UHGV virus genome: UHGV-0129001
Length of the DNA: 33,632 nt
Source of the DNA: a virus
Strand: one strand, 5' to 3'
Part shown: one piece after another, positions 7,489-16,643 of the stretch
Layout of the letters: every line of letters begins with the position of its first letter
Numbering within the stretch: position 1 is the stretch's first letter
Position numbers and translations under genes: made by a program
The notes under the pieces: model-generated
The model's database searches: none
What the model was told of the DNA's origin: nothing
What the model saw: the letters and a program-made list of their open reading frames with translations, nothing else

Positions 7489-7686
7489 TTATTCTCCTTT
7501 CTTAGTAAAATAATCTTCAATATCTGCGTCTTTGTGAATTGCTTTTACAATGCAGTAGGCAGTTCTTTTTGAGCATCCTTGCTTTTGATTTACAATTCTA
7601 CTCATTGAAGCTTCAGTTATTCCTACTATTTTAGCAATGGCTCTCTGATTGTAAATTGCAAATTTTTCAGTAATTGCTATATACAT
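7489..7686 (-). CDS. Cro/XRE-like HTH regulator
   Basis: NQRAIAKIVGITEASMSRIVN; RBS AAGGAGG; own promoter. Confidence 0.85.
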   Translation of the reverse strand: MYIAITEKFAIYNQRAIAKIVGITEASMSRIVNQKQGCSKRTAYCIVKAIHKDADIEDYFTKKGE

Positions 7687-7712
7687 TTTCTTCCCTCCTT
7701 TACTGTAATTAA

Positions 7713-7742
7713 ATTATATAACACAATTTGATTTTTTGTCAA
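7713..7742 (-). promoter_or_regulatory. SigA-type promoter of the Cro/replication operon
   Basis: TTGACA-18 bp-TATAAT; TTGA-N7-TCAA dyad over the -35. Confidence 0.8.
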
Positions 7743-7777
7743 GTTTTTTTGATAAAAAATAAAATAAAAAGTTAAGA

Positions 7778-8047
7778 TTATTTTTTAACCTTAACCCAAT
7801 TTGTTTTTCGTGGAATTTCTTCATTTGTAAGATAGTTCCTAAATTTTTCATACTGTTCTAAATTCCCAGTATATAGCATAGCTGGGAATTCAATATCATC
7901 TTTCCGATTCCATTCTACTACTAATATTCTGCCTTTAAATTCTTCTTTAATGATCGTGTAGTCTAGACTTACTATAATCTCTTCTTTTGTGTAAATTCCT
8001 TTTTTTTGATAGCCTTTACCACTATCTTTGTAAAGTTTATAAACCAT
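7778..8047 (-). CDS. Hypothetical protein
   Basis: 89 aa, RBS AGGAGG. Confidence 0.75.
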   Translation of the reverse strand: MVYKLYKDSGKGYQKKGIYTKEEIIVSLDYTIIKEEFKGRILVVEWNRKDDIEFPAMLYTGNLEQYEKFRNYLTNEEIPRKTNWVKVKK

Positions 8048-8098
8048 ATTTTTCCTCCTAGTTTAATTATAAAACTTTTTATAAAATAAAAAAAGAGT

Positions 8099-8617
8099 TT
8101 AATCTTTTAAATTTCTTTCAAACTCTTCCCATGATTTACTAAAAACATGATTAGCAAAAGCTTCTTTTAAACCGCTTACCTGTTTTAGCCTAATAACCTC
8201 GTCTAACTCCATTCCTAAATGTTCACATATTTGTTGGTCACCCCACCCCTCATTTAGCAATTTAACCACTATATTACTCATGTCAGGTATTTGATGTGTT
8301 CCTCTTGCTCTATTAAATTGAATTGTAGCACTCATTTGCATTTTCACATCATAATCCAATACAACGATTGGTACTTCTTTTAAATTTAATCTGGTTTTAG
8401 ATACTAGGTATCTATGGTAACCATCAATAATAACATACTCATCCTTTTCTTTATCGTAAATTGTTGCTATTGGAAAACAAAAACCATTATCTTCAATTGA
8501 TTTTTGTAATAAGTCCATTTCCGGTTTTGCTACCTTGTTTGGATTCCAATTATTAGCTGTAAGTTTTTCTATTGGAACCATTTTACATTCTAATGCTTTC
8601 ATCTTAATTTCTTTCAT
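8099..8617 (-). CDS. IbrB-like ParB/Srx-domain protein
   Basis: ANNWNPNKVAKPEMDLLQKSIEDNGF...IIDGYHR...SATIQFNRARGTH; C-terminal HTH. Confidence 0.88.
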   Translation of the reverse strand: MKEIKMKALECKMVPIEKLTANNWNPNKVAKPEMDLLQKSIEDNGFCFPIATIYDKEKDEYVIIDGYHRYLVSKTRLNLKEVPIVVLDYDVKMQMSATIQFNRARGTHQIPDMSNIVVKLLNEGWGDQQICEHLGMELDEVIRLKQVSGLKEAFANHVFSKSWEEFERNLKD

Positions 8618-9887
8618 TTAATATTTCCTCCTTAGCCTTTCTTAAGTCTTTATCAGTGCTTAGTGTAGTTTCATTTAATAAATTATCCCACTTGCTTATC
8701 ATCTTTTTTAACTTTTCAAAGTCACTTTTATTTTCACTAAAAGATAATCTTTTCATATAAAAGTCATTTCTTTCAATGGCTCTGGCTATTCTTCTCCATG
8801 AAACTGCTTTTTTCATGCTTTCATCTTTTTTATTTGCTTCATCAGGAATATCGCATATACTTATTCCCTCTTTTTCTTCCCACCATTTGAGAAATTTTTT
8901 TATTTTTTTGTAATAATGCAACTCTAAATCTTTATTATACATTCCTAAACTTTCTAACAAGTAAATTGAATATTGTTCCCAAGTCATATTTTTAGGCTTC
9001 ATAGATGTTATATTTCCTAAAGCTGAAGTTTTACAATAGATATTTCCAAAATTTACTCCGTTTACCCTATTAAGCACTTTTTCCCATGTTTCACTTTCTA
9101 ATGCTTTAAATTGGTCTAAGCCATTTCTTTGGTCATCTCCATAAGGTTGACACAGCCTTTGTTCATGTATTGATAATCCGTTTTTATACATCAATTCATA
9201 AATATTATTCATATCTAAATTAAATTTAGCTGTTGCTCCCCAGTCATCTTCAGTTCTCCAGTCATACATAGGATAAAATGAATACATATTATCACCAACT
9301 TTTGTAGTCCAATGATGATTATTATATTCTACTTTATTAGGCATTAAAGCTATCGTTCTAAAACGATTAATACTTTCATCTGCCCTTATTCCAACCCCCA
9401 CAAAACATAAGCCGCTGTGAGTTTCTTGATACCATTTTTGGAATCTAGGAACAAATTCTTCAAATTCACAAGGCTTATCATAAAATGGAAATGGATTATT
9501 AGATAAGTTTATACTATCTTTGGGCAATTTTCTAACCCATATATCTTCATCATCTGGATTCCAACATATCCATTTTGGTTGTAAAACTGATACTGCATTT
9601 CTCAAATACATAGGCAAAGCTATGTGATAAAATGTTCTTATATTCGATAGTTTTTTTAATCTATAAATATAATCAATAGTTGCCTTATATTGAGCTTCAA
9701 AATCAATATACATAACATCATATTTTTTGTTTAACTTTTTAGCTACCATATTTGCAAGTTGTACCATTATACCACTATCCTTGCCACCACTAACCGAAAA
9801 AATAACATTATCTGCATTTTTAAAAATTTCTTCACATCTTTCAAAAAAAGCTGTTAACACATCTTTTTCTAAATATACTTTAGCCAT
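8604..9887 (-). CDS. IbrA/YbdN-like PAPS-reductase-domain protein (DUF3440)
   Basis: PP-loop SVSGGKDS, VGIRADESINR, YPMYDWRTEDDW, QRLCQPYGDDQRNGL. Confidence 0.88.
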   Translation of the reverse strand: MAKVYLEKDVLTAFFERCEEIFKNADNVIFSVSGGKDSGIMVQLANMVAKKLNKKYDVMYIDFEAQYKATIDYIYRLKKLSNIRTFYHIALPMYLRNAVSVLQPKWICWNPDDEDIWVRKLPKDSINLSNNPFPFYDKPCEFEEFVPRFQKWYQETHSGLCFVGVGIRADESINRFRTIALMPNKVEYNNHHWTTKVGDNMYSFYPMYDWRTEDDWGATAKFNLDMNNIYELMYKNGLSIHEQRLCQPYGDDQRNGLDQFKALESETWEKVLNRVNGVNFGNIYCKTSALGNITSMKPKNMTWEQYSIYLLESLGMYNKDLELHYYKKIKKFLKWWEEKEGISICDIPDEANKKDESMKKAVSWRRIARAIERNDFYMKRLSFSENKSDFEKLKKMISKWDNLLNETTLSTDKDLRKAKEEILNERN

Positions 9888-11098
9888 TCACTACCACCTT
9901 CCATTTTTTCTTTAATTAAATTTTCTAAAGTCATTTTTCTCTTTAAATTTTCTAAGATTAGTTTATTAATTCCTAAATCTGTTAAAAAATAAGTGTATTT
10001 AATGTCTTTGCCTTGACCAATTCTTTTAATTCTATACTTGCTTTGTTCTATTTTAGCATAATCAAATGTTAAACTTGAATATACTATCTCATTACAAAAT
10101 TGTAAATTTAATGAATATGATCCAACTCCAAAAGTCATAATCAAAGGTTTACTATCATTTTTAAATTTTTCAATGATTTCATCCCTCTTTTTTGTACTAC
10201 CAGTTATAACATAACAATCAACTTTATCTTCAATATACTCAATTTCGCTTAGAAACGAGCAAAATACAATGATTTGTTTATTTTTAATATAATTTATCAG
10301 TTCATCATTTTTGTAGCCATATGAGGCACTTATTACGGTCAGAGAGGCAAGTAAGTTTATAATTATTTCGGCTGAGCCTTTTTGCATATATTCTTTTAAT
10401 TTTTCTTCTTTTTTATCGTAGTAATCATTTTCATCTTTATAAGGAACATAAATATAGTTATCAGATTCATTCTTTTCAAAATCTAAGTCACATTTAAATA
10501 TATAAGGCTCTATCATTTTGTGTAATTGTTCAGCATTAACTTCGCTGAATTTGTAAAATGTATTTTCCTTTTGTCCTTTTTTCTTATAAGTAATTTTTTT
10601 AAAAAAAGTATTAAGGAATTGCTCTCTATTCATATTTATAATTAATGGGCTTAGAAAATACATTTGATTATATAAATCCCACTCATTTTTTGTAATAGGT
10701 GTACCATTTAAAATTAAAGCATATTCACACTTTGAACGTATATTTAATAATCTTTTAAATCTTTTAGTTTCTTCATTTTTAATAAATATACTTTCATCAG
10801 CTATTACAAATACCTTTTTATTTTCTAGTTCTTTTAGTAAATTTAAGTATTTAGTATCACTTGATGATATCGTTTCATAACCAATTAGAATATAATTAGT
10901 TTTTAGATTCCATTTCTTAAACTCGTTTTCTATGTTGTTTAAAGTTGAAAAGGGAGCAATATATAATAGTAAATCACAATTATTGTAATCTATTAATTCT
11001 ATAGCTACCTTAGTTTTTCCTGCTCCCATTTGCATGAATAATGCTCCAACTTTTAATTTTTTGAATTTTTCAAAGGCTTCTAATTGATTATTATTCAT
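9869..11098 (-). CDS. SNF2-related helicase
   Basis: ALFMQMGAGKTK, IADES, LILNGTP, SLNLQ, EQSKYRIKRIGQ. Confidence 0.88.
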   Translation of the reverse strand: MNNNQLEAFEKFKKLKVGALFMQMGAGKTKVAIELIDYNNCDLLLYIAPFSTLNNIENEFKKWNLKTNYILIGYETISSSDTKYLNLLKELENKKVFVIADESIFIKNEETKRFKRLLNIRSKCEYALILNGTPITKNEWDLYNQMYFLSPLIINMNREQFLNTFFKKITYKKKGQKENTFYKFSEVNAEQLHKMIEPYIFKCDLDFEKNESDNYIYVPYKDENDYYDKKEEKLKEYMQKGSAEIIINLLASLTVISASYGYKNDELINYIKNKQIIVFCSFLSEIEYIEDKVDCYVITGSTKKRDEIIEKFKNDSKPLIMTFGVGSYSLNLQFCNEIVYSSLTFDYAKIEQSKYRIKRIGQGKDIKYTYFLTDLGINKLILENLKRKMTLENLIKEKMEGGSEWLKYI

Positions 11099-11477
11099 TT
11101 AGCAAACTCTTTTCTATTTTTACTTCTTTTTCAAATTTATCAGGTTCTTTAACTATTAAGTAAAAATTATCTTCTTTTGCTCTAGTACATTCTTTCATGC
11201 ATCCGAATGCTTCTTCAAATTCTTCTGCATCAATTTCAACTTCATCAATTAAATCGAATTTATTGTATTTTCCTTTTCCATTTTTAAATAGTTTAAATGT
11301 AAAGTTATCCGTGTATCCTATACTTCTAGCGTAGCTATTAGAACCATATCTAACTAATTTAGACGGATGCCAGAATTTATATCCTGCATAATCCGAATTA
11401 TTAGGCATTTTTATTAAGGTTGCCTTTCCTGTATTTTTTTCAATATTTTGTAAATTAATTTCAATGTTTTTCCACAT
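11091..11477 (-). CDS. Hypothetical protein
   Basis: 128 aa, RBS AGAGG; overlaps the helicase start. Confidence 0.75.
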   Translation of the reverse strand: MWKNIEINLQNIEKNTGKATLIKMPNNSDYAGYKFWHPSKLVRYGSNSYARSIGYTDNFTFKLFKNGKGKYNKFDLIDEVEIDAEEFEEAFGCMKECTRAKEDNFYLIVKEPDKFEKEVKIEKSLLNE

Positions 11478-11496
11478 AATATTTTCCTCTTTCTTA

Positions 11497-11883
11497 TCAA
11501 TTGTGCATTTTTACAATTTTAAAATATGCCATTTTTAAATAATCATCCTTTGTATTAGTTAACTTATTATATACCTCATCAGCTTTATCATAATATTCAT
11601 TGTTTAAATATTTTGATAATTTTTCTACTCCATCTTTTAAAAGCGAGTCTAGTGCTTCATAGCCATAAATATCATTAATAATTTTGGAATTAAGTAAAAT
11701 ATCCCATCTCATTTTTTCAATATTATTTTCAAAATCATTTGTAATTTTTTCTTCATTTTCTAATAACCAGCTTAAATCTTTAAGCATAAAATAATCATAA
11801 AATTCATCATCAATTCCCCTATTTAATAACATACTACACATTTCATTTAATCTTTCTAAATCATATAAATCTTTAATTTTCAT
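11497..11883 (-). CDS. Hypothetical protein
   Basis: ATG 11883 after RBS AAAGGA; first gene after the promoter at 11916-11944. Confidence 0.75.
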   Translation of the reverse strand: MKIKDLYDLERLNEMCSMLLNRGIDDEFYDYFMLKDLSWLLENEEKITNDFENNIEKMRWDILLNSKIINDIYGYEALDSLLKDGVEKLSKYLNNEYYDKADEVYNKLTNTKDDYLKMAYFKIVKMHN

Positions 11884-11915
11884 TTTTATCTCTTCCTTTC
11901 TCAATTTGTACCTTA

Positions 11916-11944
11916 ATTATACACTATTTAGTGGATAATGTCAA
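11916..11944 (-). promoter_or_regulatory. SigA promoter with operator-like dyad
   Basis: TTGACA-ttatccactaaatagtg-TATAAT (17 bp). Confidence 0.85.
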
Positions 11945-11955
11945 TACTTTTGCAA

Positions 11956-12690
11956 TTATTTTTGCAAATATTCATTATAATATTTTGTAACGTTTGGAAC
12001 CCAATGTTGATTTAGTCCATGTGGATCGTTACTAGCTCCAACTGGGCAATAAACTGCTCCGATTTTATCAACTGTATCTAATCCACGATTGAAATATCTA
12101 TTTTTTAATAAATTTACAAAACCATTCAATCCTTCCTCAAAACTGCTATATTGCTTTAATCCAGTATTACACATAACTCCACCAAAATTGTTTTTATTTT
12201 TGAATGCTCTTGATGTCCAGTTCCCAGTTTCATGTTTAGAAATAGCTACTATCATCATTGCTTGTTCATGAGATAGTTCTACTTCCCTAGCCTTGTTGTA
12301 AATTTTGCATTCAATTTCATTCAGATTACAAGTGTTTGAAACTTGCATATCATTTTGAACTGTTTGTGTTTCTTTTTGTGGTAAAAAATCAACTTTAATA
12401 GTTTTATTTACTACCTCTTGCTTAATCACCTCATTTTTAGTACCAAAAGCACCCCATAGAGCTACGAAAACTAGTGAATAGATTAATCCTACTCTAATTA
12501 GTCTTGGTAGCTTAGAATAGACTTTAGCTACTAATAAATCGAAATGATGTATTAACCAATATAATAAGATAATAAGATGTTTAATAATCCAAAATACTAC
12601 TTTAAATAGAAATTTGATAATAATTAGTAAAATGTTTCTTTTATATTTTCTTTTATTTTTTTGTACTCTTGTTTTTTTCATTTTTTTCAT
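11956..12690 (-). CDS. Membrane-anchored GH73-like glucosaminidase
   Basis: N-terminal hydrophobic segments; C-terminal AISKHETG...KNNFGG...IGAVYCP...WVPNV. Confidence 0.75.
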   Translation of the reverse strand: MKKMKKTRVQKNKRKYKRNILLIIIKFLFKVVFWIIKHLIILLYWLIHHFDLLVAKVYSKLPRLIRVGLIYSLVFVALWGAFGTKNEVIKQEVVNKTIKVDFLPQKETQTVQNDMQVSNTCNLNEIECKIYNKAREVELSHEQAMMIVAISKHETGNWTSRAFKNKNNFGGVMCNTGLKQYSSFEEGLNGFVNLLKNRYFNRGLDTVDKIGAVYCPVGASNDPHGLNQHWVPNVTKYYNEYLQK

Positions 12691-12697
12691 TCCTTTC

Positions 12698-12859
12698 TTA
12701 TCTTGCTACTGCTAACTTATACTTTGGGTAATATCTCTTACCAGTTCTTTTATTATAGATATACTCGATCTCATTCCCCTGAGTAAATAATACTGTTTCA
12801 TTTTCATTTACTAATTTTTGTATTTTTTTTATTTCTATTTGTTGGAATATCTTTTTCAT
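12698..12859 (-). CDS. Small hypothetical protein (53 aa, not in ORF track)
   Basis: MKKIFQQIEIKK...YPKYKLAVAR; RBS AGGAG; directly after a promoter. Confidence 0.65.
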   Translation of the reverse strand: MKKIFQQIEIKKIQKLVNENETVLFTQGNEIEYIYNKRTGKRYYPKYKLAVAR

Positions 12860-12886
12860 ATCTTCCATCTCCTATCTTATGTATTT

Positions 12887-12915
12887 ATTATACACTAAAA
12901 GAGGGATAATGTCAA
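12887..12915 (-). promoter_or_regulatory. SigA promoter with operator-like site
   Basis: TTGACA-ttatccctcttttagtg-TATAAT (17 bp). Confidence 0.85.
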
Positions 12916-12927
12916 CACTTTTTTGAT

Positions 12928-12957
12928 AAAAAAAGAAGAAATTTTTACATTTCCTCT
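12928..12957 (-). terminator. Intrinsic terminator
   Basis: AGAGGAAAU-GUAAAA-AUUUCUUCU then a U-run. Confidence 0.55.
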
Positions 12958-13127
12958 AATATTTCTTTATTATCTTTTCTTTTTAGTCTTCTTCGTACCA
13001 CTCTACACAGCTTTCTATTTTTCTTTTTGCCAATAATATCTTCACTATAGCATTTCAATGTTTTAAATAACAGCGAACTTTTTATCATTCTACGTTGATT
13101 ATTTCTATCTTTTTTAGTTTTGCTCAT
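12945..13127 (-). CDS. Small basic hypothetical protein
   Basis: 60 aa, K/R-rich; ATGA overlap with the upstream gene. Confidence 0.6.
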   Translation of the reverse strand: MSKTKKDRNNQRRMIKSSLLFKTLKCYSEDIIGKKKNRKLCRVVRRRLKRKDNKEILEEM

Positions 13128-13465
13128 TTTTGTTCTGCTCGTTCTAGTTCTTGCATTTTTTCAAGTATTACATTTTTATCTATAACATCAATAGAACCGT
13201 ATTCTCTTGTGTTTATTTCAAAGCCTTCCTCTAAAATTAACTCTCTCAACTTATTCCAATTACCTTTTAATTCTTGATAATCACTAAATGTACTTTCATA
13301 TGCTTTTTGAATTTTGTTGTATTCTTCTTTTTGCTTTCTGCAGAAATTATCAACTGTTTTAATTTTCTCTTCTAATTTTTGTATGTTATGTATATCATTA
13401 TAAGCACATTCTCCAATCGCAAGAGTAAAAACAATTTCTAATAAATTTAATTCTTCTTTATTCAT
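13124..13465 (-). CDS. Hypothetical cassette-array protein
   Basis: Shares NWNKL and MQELE segments with its neighbour. Confidence 0.7.
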   Translation of the reverse strand: MNKEELNLLEIVFTLAIGECAYNDIHNIQKLEEKIKTVDNFCRKQKEEYNKIQKAYESTFSDYQELKGNWNKLRELILEEGFEINTREYGSIDVIDKNVILEKMQELERAEQK

Positions 13466-13727
13466 TACTATCACTTCCTTGTTCTAGTTCTTGCATTTCC
13501 TTTTTTATAATGTCTAAAATTATATATATTTCATCATCAATTCTGCAACCACATAATTTTTGTAAATATTCTACGTTGTATAATTTAATACCTATGTATT
13601 CTTTTAACTTATTCCAATTATCTTTCGATTGTTTATTTTCTTGTTGTAGTTCATCAATACATTTTTGCATCCTTTCTACTTCATTTGAATAACTTTCATA
13701 TATTTTGTCTGCACTATATGTATTCAT
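13458..13727 (-). CDS. Hypothetical cassette-array protein
   Basis: ELQQENKQ, NWNKL and MQELE motifs; ATGA overlap. Confidence 0.7.
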   Translation of the reverse strand: MNTYSADKIYESYSNEVERMQKCIDELQQENKQSKDNWNKLKEYIGIKLYNVEYLQKLCGCRIDDEIYIILDIIKKEMQELEQGSDSNE

Positions 13728-14029
13728 TCTGACACCTCTTTATATTCTAAAATAATCTTAAATCCATTTAATCTATCTAAAATCCACCTATCATCTTCCG
13801 TTGGTTGTTGTTTTATTAACTCAATTACTAAATCAATAGCATTTATTGTCTCATCAATAATTTCTTTTTGCTTTCTATTTTCTTGTTGTAATTCATTAAT
13901 ATATTCGAACAAACTATTCCAGCCTATAACATCAAGTTCAAAATCAACTAGCATATCATATTTATAATTATTATCTAAATGTTCTTTAATTGCTTTTTTA
14001 ATATTACTAATTATTTTTTCATTACTCAT
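13724..14029 (-). CDS. Hypothetical cassette-array protein
   Basis: ELQQENRKQKEIID...KEVSE; start ATG 14029 (ATGA overlap, RBS GAGGTG). Confidence 0.7.
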   Translation of the reverse strand: MSNEKIISNIKKAIKEHLDNNYKYDMLVDFELDVIGWNSLFEYINELQQENRKQKEIIDETINAIDLVIELIKQQPTEDDRWILDRLNGFKIILEYKEVSE

Positions 14030-14307
14030 TCTGACACCTCTTTTAAACATTTATCTATATATTTCTCTATTATTAAACAATCACAACCATCTTCAAAATG
14101 ACCATCACTAAAGCATTTTGCAATATTATCAATAACTTCTTTTAGTTGTTTGTTTTCTTGTTCTAATTTATCTATTTTTAGTTCATCTTCTGCAATCCAA
14201 TTATAAACATCTATTTTATCCATTTCTCTACAATGTGATATTATTCCTTGTTTAAATTCAAAAGGATTATTTAAGATATATTTTTCCATAAATTCTTTAT
14301 CTTCCAT
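14026..14307 (-). CDS. Hypothetical cassette-array protein
   Basis: LEQENKQLKEVID...KEVSE; start ATG 14307 or TTG 14313. Confidence 0.7.
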   Translation of the reverse strand: MEDKEFMEKYILNNPFEFKQGIISHCREMDKIDVYNWIAEDELKIDKLEQENKQLKEVIDNIAKCFSDGHFEDGCDCLIIEKYIDKCLKEVSE

Positions 14308-14309
14308 AT

Positions 14310-14567
14310 TCAATCTGACGCCTCTTTTAATATATCTAATAATTCTTCTATAAACCAAAATTCCTTAATAGAGTGTTTTTCTAATCCAGTTATATCACTA
14401 TATTTTGTTGAATTAATATACAGTTTTGCTTTATCAATTACTTCTTTTAGTTGTTTATTTTCTTGTTCTAATTGTTTTATATAATCATCATCTATCATTG
14501 TTCTATTATATGTTTTAGGAAATAAATCTTTTGATATATAATTTATATCTGCACTCTTTTTTGTCAT
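14310..14567 (-). CDS. Hypothetical cassette-array protein
   Basis: LEQENKQLKEVID...KEASD. Confidence 0.7.
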   Translation of the reverse strand: MTKKSADINYISKDLFPKTYNRTMIDDDYIKQLEQENKQLKEVIDKAKLYINSTKYSDITGLEKHSIKEFWFIEELLDILKEASD

Positions 14568-14569
14568 TC

Positions 14570-14794
14570 TTATACCTCTATTCCCTCTTGCATTAATCTT
14601 GTCCTTAATGCTTTATTTTCTTCTTTTAATTTTTCAATTTCTTTATTAGCATATAAACCGTCTAATATATAGTCGATTTCAACAAGTCTATTTGTTCTTT
14701 TGGGACTTTTTTTGCCAACTTCCCACAAGTCAGATATTTCTCTTTGTATTTTGTTTTTTTCTTCTTCATAAAATTCAATTAAATCTTTATTCAT
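14570..14794 (-). CDS. Hypothetical coiled-coil protein
   Basis: 74 aa; LKEENKAL variant of the array motif. Confidence 0.7.
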   Translation of the reverse strand: MNKDLIEFYEEEKNKIQREISDLWEVGKKSPKRTNRLVEIDYILDGLYANKEIEKLKEENKALRTRLMQEGIEV

Positions 14795-14798
14795 ATTC

Positions 14799-15065
14799 TT
14801 ATTTTTCCTCTTCTACAATTTTTAAGATCATTCTAAGTTTTGCTTTATCGTCTAATTTATCCGATATAATCATGTTTTTTATTTTTTCAAATTTATTCAA
14901 AAACATTTCTTTATCTTTTTTTAAATAATGGTTCTCATCAACTAATTTAGTATTTGATTTTATCATTTTATTTATACTTTGTTTAAGATAACAAACTTGA
15001 TTAAAGTTCTCATCTTCCTTTTCTTCTTCTTTTTCTAGTTCTTCAAAAGTAATTAAGCCGTCCAT
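14799..15065 (-). CDS. Hypothetical protein
   Basis: 88 aa, RBS AGGAGG. Confidence 0.7.
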   Translation of the reverse strand: MDGLITFEELEKEEEKEDENFNQVCYLKQSINKMIKSNTKLVDENHYLKKDKEMFLNKFEKIKNMIISDKLDDKAKLRMILKIVEEEK

Positions 15066-15073
15066 TTTTCCTC

Positions 15074-15379
15074 CTATAATTCGTTATTAAAATTATTTTT
15101 ATATTCCTCACTCCCCTGACGCCATAATACTCTGCAAAATTCATGCATTACCATTAATATTCTGTATTTATGATATACCCACTTTTCAAATGTGGTTTTG
15201 CTTTTATCTACTAAAGTGCAATATTTAGCACTATTTAACATTATTTCATTCCACCTATTTGCTAGTAAAAGACTATTTTTAGCTAAATCATAGGCTAAAT
15301 AAATATCTTCAGTATTTAACTTGCTATAAGTTTCTAATAAAATCTTATATTGTTCTAAATCATTATTTAGTTCTTCCAT
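15074..15379 (-). CDS. Hypothetical protein
   Basis: 101 aa, RBS AGAGG. Confidence 0.7.
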   Translation of the reverse strand: MEELNNDLEQYKILLETYSKLNTEDIYLAYDLAKNSLLLANRWNEIMLNSAKYCTLVDKSKTTFEKWVYHKYRILMVMHEFCRVLWRQGSEEYKNNFNNEL

Positions 15380-15578
15380 TTTGAGCCTCTTTTAATTTTT
15401 CAAAAAGTTCGTTCACCTCTATTTTCTCAAAATATGCTATATCCATTAACATTTTAATAGGCATATTTTCAACATTTCTTTCATTTCTAATATATTTATA
15501 AAGAGTATCTTTGCTAACTCCTATTGATTTTTGAATTTCATAAGTTGAATGTTTTTGTCCTTTATATAGTTTGTTCAT
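15363..15578 (-). CDS. XRE-like HTH regulator
   Basis: STYEIQKSIGVSKDTLYKYIRNERNVENMPIKMLMDIA. Confidence 0.75.
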   Translation of the reverse strand: MNKLYKGQKHSTYEIQKSIGVSKDTLYKYIRNERNVENMPIKMLMDIAYFEKIEVNELFEKLKEAQNGRTK

Positions 15579-15807
15579 AATTTTTAACCTCACTTTTCTT
15601 GCTATAAATAGTTCCTTTTTCTAAACTATCCCATAATCCATCATTTTCACTTTTTAAACTGTTTATTTGATCACCCTGTTCTTGAATAAGAGCTTCTTTC
15701 TTTTTTATTTCTTTTTTTTGATTAAAATTTTCAATAATCAGCATAGCTGTTGCTGAAATAACGAGTAGTTCAGCTATTATAATTAAAATGAATATAAATT
15801 TCTTCAT
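15562..15807 (-). CDS. Small membrane-anchored coiled-coil protein
   Basis: MKKFIFILIIIAELLVISATAMLII followed by a coiled coil. Confidence 0.7.
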   Translation of the reverse strand: MKKFIFILIIIAELLVISATAMLIIENFNQKKEIKKKEALIQEQGDQINSLKSENDGLWDSLEKGTIYSKKSEVKNYEQTI

Positions 15808-16043
15808 TATTCCCACCCCATTTCTTTAGGTGTCAATGGTCTATAATTATCTTGTAAGTCTTGCTTTAAATCATCATACTGTTCTTGTCTGATTTCTACC
15901 TCTACTGCTAAGTTTTCTAGCATTTCTATTAAATCTTCATTTTTTACTAACATCTCATCTTCTTTGTAGATTCCTGAAAATGATGTAGCTGTAAGTCTTT
16001 CTATTTTATCATATAATCTTTTATCCATACTTGTATAATTCAT
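15807..16043 (-). CDS. Hypothetical protein
   Basis: ATG 16043 after GAGAAGGA (alternative start 16058). Confidence 0.7.
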   Translation of the reverse strand: MNYTSMDKRLYDKIERLTATSFSGIYKEDEMLVKNEDLIEMLENLAVEVEIRQEQYDDLKQDLQDNYRPLTPKEMGWE

Positions 16044-16103
16044 TTTATCCTTCTCCATTTCTAATATAAAAATTTTATTTTTTTAATATAGTTAATTCTT
16101 CCA

Positions 16104-16268
16104 TTACTTATCTTTAGTATATTTAGCAAATTCAGGATCGTAAGAACTTATTATTTTCTTGGATACTTCCCAGTTATTTTCTAAAATTCTAATCCTTTCG
16201 TTCTTTTTTATTAATAAAACTATAAGAACAGCTATAACTATCATTAAATAATAAATTATTATTTCCAT
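16104..16268 (-). CDS. Small membrane protein (54 aa, not in ORF track)
   Basis: MEIIIYYLMIVIAVLIVLLIKKNERIRILENNW...; RBS AAAGGA. Confidence 0.65.
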   Translation of the reverse strand: MEIIIYYLMIVIAVLIVLLIKKNERIRILENNWEVSKKIISSYDPEFAKYTKDK

Positions 16269-16450
16269 TTTAATACTTTCCTTTCTCTTAATTCAAATTT
16301 TAATTTTGCTTTCTTGTCAAGTACAGTCTTGCAAGACAGACAAGTTCCCCATTTAGCTATAGCTTCTTTCCTGTTAAGATAACCACAATTAGGACATTTT
16401 ATAAAATTTTTTTCAAAAAATTCGTTTCTATCTATATATATTTTTTTCAT
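16259..16450 (-). CDS. Small Zn-ribbon protein
   Basis: CPNCG...CLSC. Confidence 0.7.
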   Translation of the reverse strand: MKKIYIDRNEFFEKNFIKCPNCGYLNRKEAIAKWGTCLSCKTVLDKKAKLKFELRERKVLKWK

Positions 16451-16629
16451 TTTTGCTCCTTCAAAAGAGCTTTTAATTCATTAACTTTTTCTCTTAACTT
16501 TTTATTTTCCTTTTTTAAACTAACCATTTGTTCCAAATTATCTAGTCTTTTAACATAATCAATTTTTTCTAAAGCATCCACTCTAATTTCTAGAGTATTT
16601 AATTTTAATTGTATATCTCTTTTTTTCAT
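16447..16629 (-). CDS. Small coiled-coil protein
   Basis: ATG 16629 after AAAGGGA; heptad pattern. Confidence 0.65.
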   Translation of the reverse strand: MKKRDIQLKLNTLEIRVDALEKIDYVKRLDNLEQMVSLKKENKKLREKVNELKALLKEQK

Positions 16630-16643
16630 ATCATATTCCCTTT

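Noticed and set aside
8099..8617. ParB as a plasmid-prophage partition system
   Set aside because: Sequence is IbrB-type and coupled to the PAPS-reductase gene; no ParA ATPase was seen.
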